Shown here piece after piece: positions 32,719 through 34,446 of a DNA stretch of 34,446 bases. Each line of letters begins with the position of its first letter. Positions within the stretch are counted from its first letter, which is position 1. Position numbers and translations under genes: made by a program. The notes beneath the pieces were generated by a model that ran no database searches, was not told where the DNA came from, and worked only from the letters and a program-made list of their open reading frames with translations. The DNA comes from an uncultured Candidatus Saccharibacteria bacterium (lineage in GTDB: Bacteria; Patescibacteriota; Minisyncoccia; Minisyncoccales; CAYUHA01), in the NCBI GenBank assembly GCA_964444395.1, contig CAYUHA010000001.1, positions 1-34,446 on the forward strand. The letters run 5' to 3'.

Positions 32719-32747
32719 AAAATAGCATATTATTTATTTTTTGTCAA
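32719..32747 (-). promoter_or_regulatory. Candidate promoter TTGACA-N17-TATTTT for the 64-aa/209-aa operon, overlapping the PBP gene stop
   Basis: -35 is the complement of 32742-32747 (inside the PBP 3' end) and -10 the complement of 32719-32724. Confidence 0.35.
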
Positions 32748-34446
32748 TAGTAAAATAACTTTCTAATACTTTTTTAGCTACTGGCAGAGCAGCGACTTGC
32801 GCTTCTCTTACATTTTCAATCACTATAGTCAACACTATTTGCGGTTCATCATAAGGAGCGAAAACAGTTATCCAGTTATGATAATGATTTTTCTTCGGAG
32901 TTTGGGCGGTCCCGGTTTTCGCTCCGACTTTTACAGGTAAAGAATTTAACATAAAACTTGAACCAGTAGGAGAAGTCACTGCCTGCCTCATTCCCTCTCT
33001 GACTATCTGAAGATTTTCCAAACTAATAAAATTTTTTCTTAAAATCTGAGGCTCAATAATCTTAATTTTTTTATTAATATCTTTTACATCCTCATCAAAA
33101 GACCTCGAACTTTCTACAATTCCTTTAACCACTTGCGGTTTATATAAAGTTCCTTTATTGGCTATAACTGAAAAAGCGTTAGCAACCTGCAATGGAGTAA
33201 CCTGAAGATATCCTTGGCCAATAGAAAGATTATAGGTATCGCCTATACGCCAAATTTTGCTTGTTTTTTCTTTAAAATAATTTTTTTTCCATAAAATGTC
33301 GGGAATTAATCCTGACTTCTCTCCGGGCAGGTCAATTCCAGTTTTAGCTCCCCATCCGAACAATTCAAGATATTTTTTAATTCTTTCAACCCCTAATCCT
33401 TTAAAATTTTTATATCCTCCGCCTATAATATAAAAAAACACATTACAGGATTCAGCTATCGCTTTCCTTATATCAGTTAAATGATGAACTTTCCAATCAT
33501 GGAATACCCAAGGATGCTTCGGGTCCCAAGGATTTGGAACAATAAGTTTTCCCTGACAGTTTATTATCTTTCTGTCTGATATTAAATTTTCCTGCAAGGC
33601 GGCAGAAGCAATTAAGGGTTTAATAGTAGAACCAGTGGGATATAACCCAGCAATAGCCCGATTGAAAAGAGGTTTAAAAGGATTAGTTTTAATTTTTTGA
33701 TAATCTTCTTTAGAAATTCCTTGAGAAAATAAATTATTATCAAAACTTGGAACATTTACTAAAGCCAATACCCCGCCGGTATTTGGGTCTAACGCTACTG
33801 CTGACGCCTTTCTTGCGCCGGTCCTTTTTAAAGTATAAATTAATTCTTCTTCAAGTTTCTTTTGAAGAGAAGAATCTAACCAAAGGACTAAACTTTTTCC
33901 TGGTTCGGGTTCAGATAACACTTTTTTTGACCTTTCATTTCCATAAACGTCTCTTTCTACTTGAATTTTTCCCGGCTTTCCTCTTAAAATTTTCTCATAA
34001 AATTTTTCAACTCCAGTCTTGCCGATATAGTCGGTAATAGAATAATCTCTAAAATTTTCTATTTCTTGAGAATTTATTTTTCCGGTATAACCAATTAAAT
34101 GAGAAAAACTTGAACCTTGAGGATATTCTCTAACAGCATTCTCTTCAATTTTAAAACCAAAAACCTCTTTTTTGCCGGAAAAAACAGGATTGGATAGAAG
34201 TAAAACCATTGTTTCATAATCTAAATTTTCAAAAATAGAGACAATATTAAATTTAGATTCCTCAATTTCTTTTTCTAATTCCTTGGGTTCTTTTTTAATA
34301 ATCTTAGAAATTTTCTCTATAAGTTCTAATCTCTTTTGCTTATTTAAAGGAAGATCCCGCTTATCACAAATTAAATCAAAACTGGATTTATTGAAAACCA
34401 TTTGTTTTAAATTGGTTAGCAAATTCATAAGATAATTCCCTCCACA
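32734..34446 (-). CDS. Class B penicillin-binding protein (PBP2/FtsI-type transpeptidase), probably continuing beyond the window
   Basis: 'GSTIKPL' (SxxK), 'ESCNVFF' (SxN), 'AKTGTAQ' (KTG). The 18 nt 5' of the tracked ATG (34428) are in frame with no stop. The tracked N-terminus lacks the expected TM anchor. Confidence 0.88.
   Translation of the reverse strand, partial: CGGNYLMNLLTNLKQMVFNKSSFDLICDKRDLPLNKQKRLELIEKISKIIKKEPKELEKEIEESKFNIVSIFENLDYETMVLLLSNPVFSGKKEVFGFKIEENAVREYPQGSSFSHLIGYTGKINSQEIENFRDYSITDYIGKTGVEKFYEKILRGKPGKIQVERDVYGNERSKKVLSEPEPGKSLVLWLDSSLQKKLEEELIYTLKRTGARKASAVALDPNTGGVLALVNVPSFDNNLFSQGISKEDYQKIKTNPFKPLFNRAIAGLYPTGSTIKPLIASAALQENLISDRKIINCQGKLIVPNPWDPKHPWVFHDWKVHHLTDIRKAIAESCNVFFYIIGGGYKNFKGLGVERIKKYLELFGWGAKTGIDLPGEKSGLIPDILWKKNYFKEKTSKIWRIGDTYNLSIGQGYLQVTPLQVANAFSVIANKGTLYKPQVVKGIVESSRSFDEDVKDINKKIKIIEPQILRKNFISLENLQIVREGMRQAVTSPTGSSFMLNSLPVKVGAKTGTAQTPKKNHYHNWITVFAPYDEPQIVLTIVIENVREAQVAALPVAKKVLESYFTIDKK

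Noticed and set aside
31779-32766. Tracked ORFs 31779..32123 (+), 31856..32056 (+), 32329..32520 (-) and 32374..32766 (+)
   Set aside because: They are antisense to, or overlap out of frame with, the signal-peptide-bearing 209-aa ORF and the RBS-supported 64-aa ORF. They have low-complexity Phe/Leu/Ser-rich products and no RBS.

Overview
AT-rich, gene-dense bacterial fragment, compact and mostly on the minus strand. By eye the style resembles Patescibacteria/CPR genomes; that is inference only. The backbone is housekeeping. Cell-wall and division genes are ftsW (5' partial), murG, uppS, an S41 protease, an M23 peptidase, ftsQ, a FemAB-family gene, murF and a PBP2-type transpeptidase. Translation genes are gltX, rpmA, rplI, serS, lysS and tRNA-Lys. 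Also present are pyrG, the grpE-dnaK-dnaJ operon, a xerC/D-like recombinase and a GT-C glycosyltransferase.

Two short segments have clearly higher GC than the backbone and look acquired. (1) About 11.5-13.8 kb holds a radical-SAM/SPASM enzyme. An unannotated, translationally coupled 51-aa Cys-containing peptide ORF follows it, then a zinc-ribbon-fused class I methyltransferase. The unit is bracketed by two copies of a ~45-nt hairpin and is a candidate RiPP-type peptide-modification cassette. This is the best candidate for a novel system. (2) About 31.46-32.73 kb holds a two-gene operon (64-aa protein plus 209-aa secreted protein of unknown family) with iteron-like repeats.

Nearly every intergenic spacer is filled with families of long imperfect palindromes or low-complexity repeats. 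Copies or relatives of these repeats appear in frame inside femAB-like and murF coding sequence. No CRISPR array, rRNA, transposase or recognisable riboswitch was seen.
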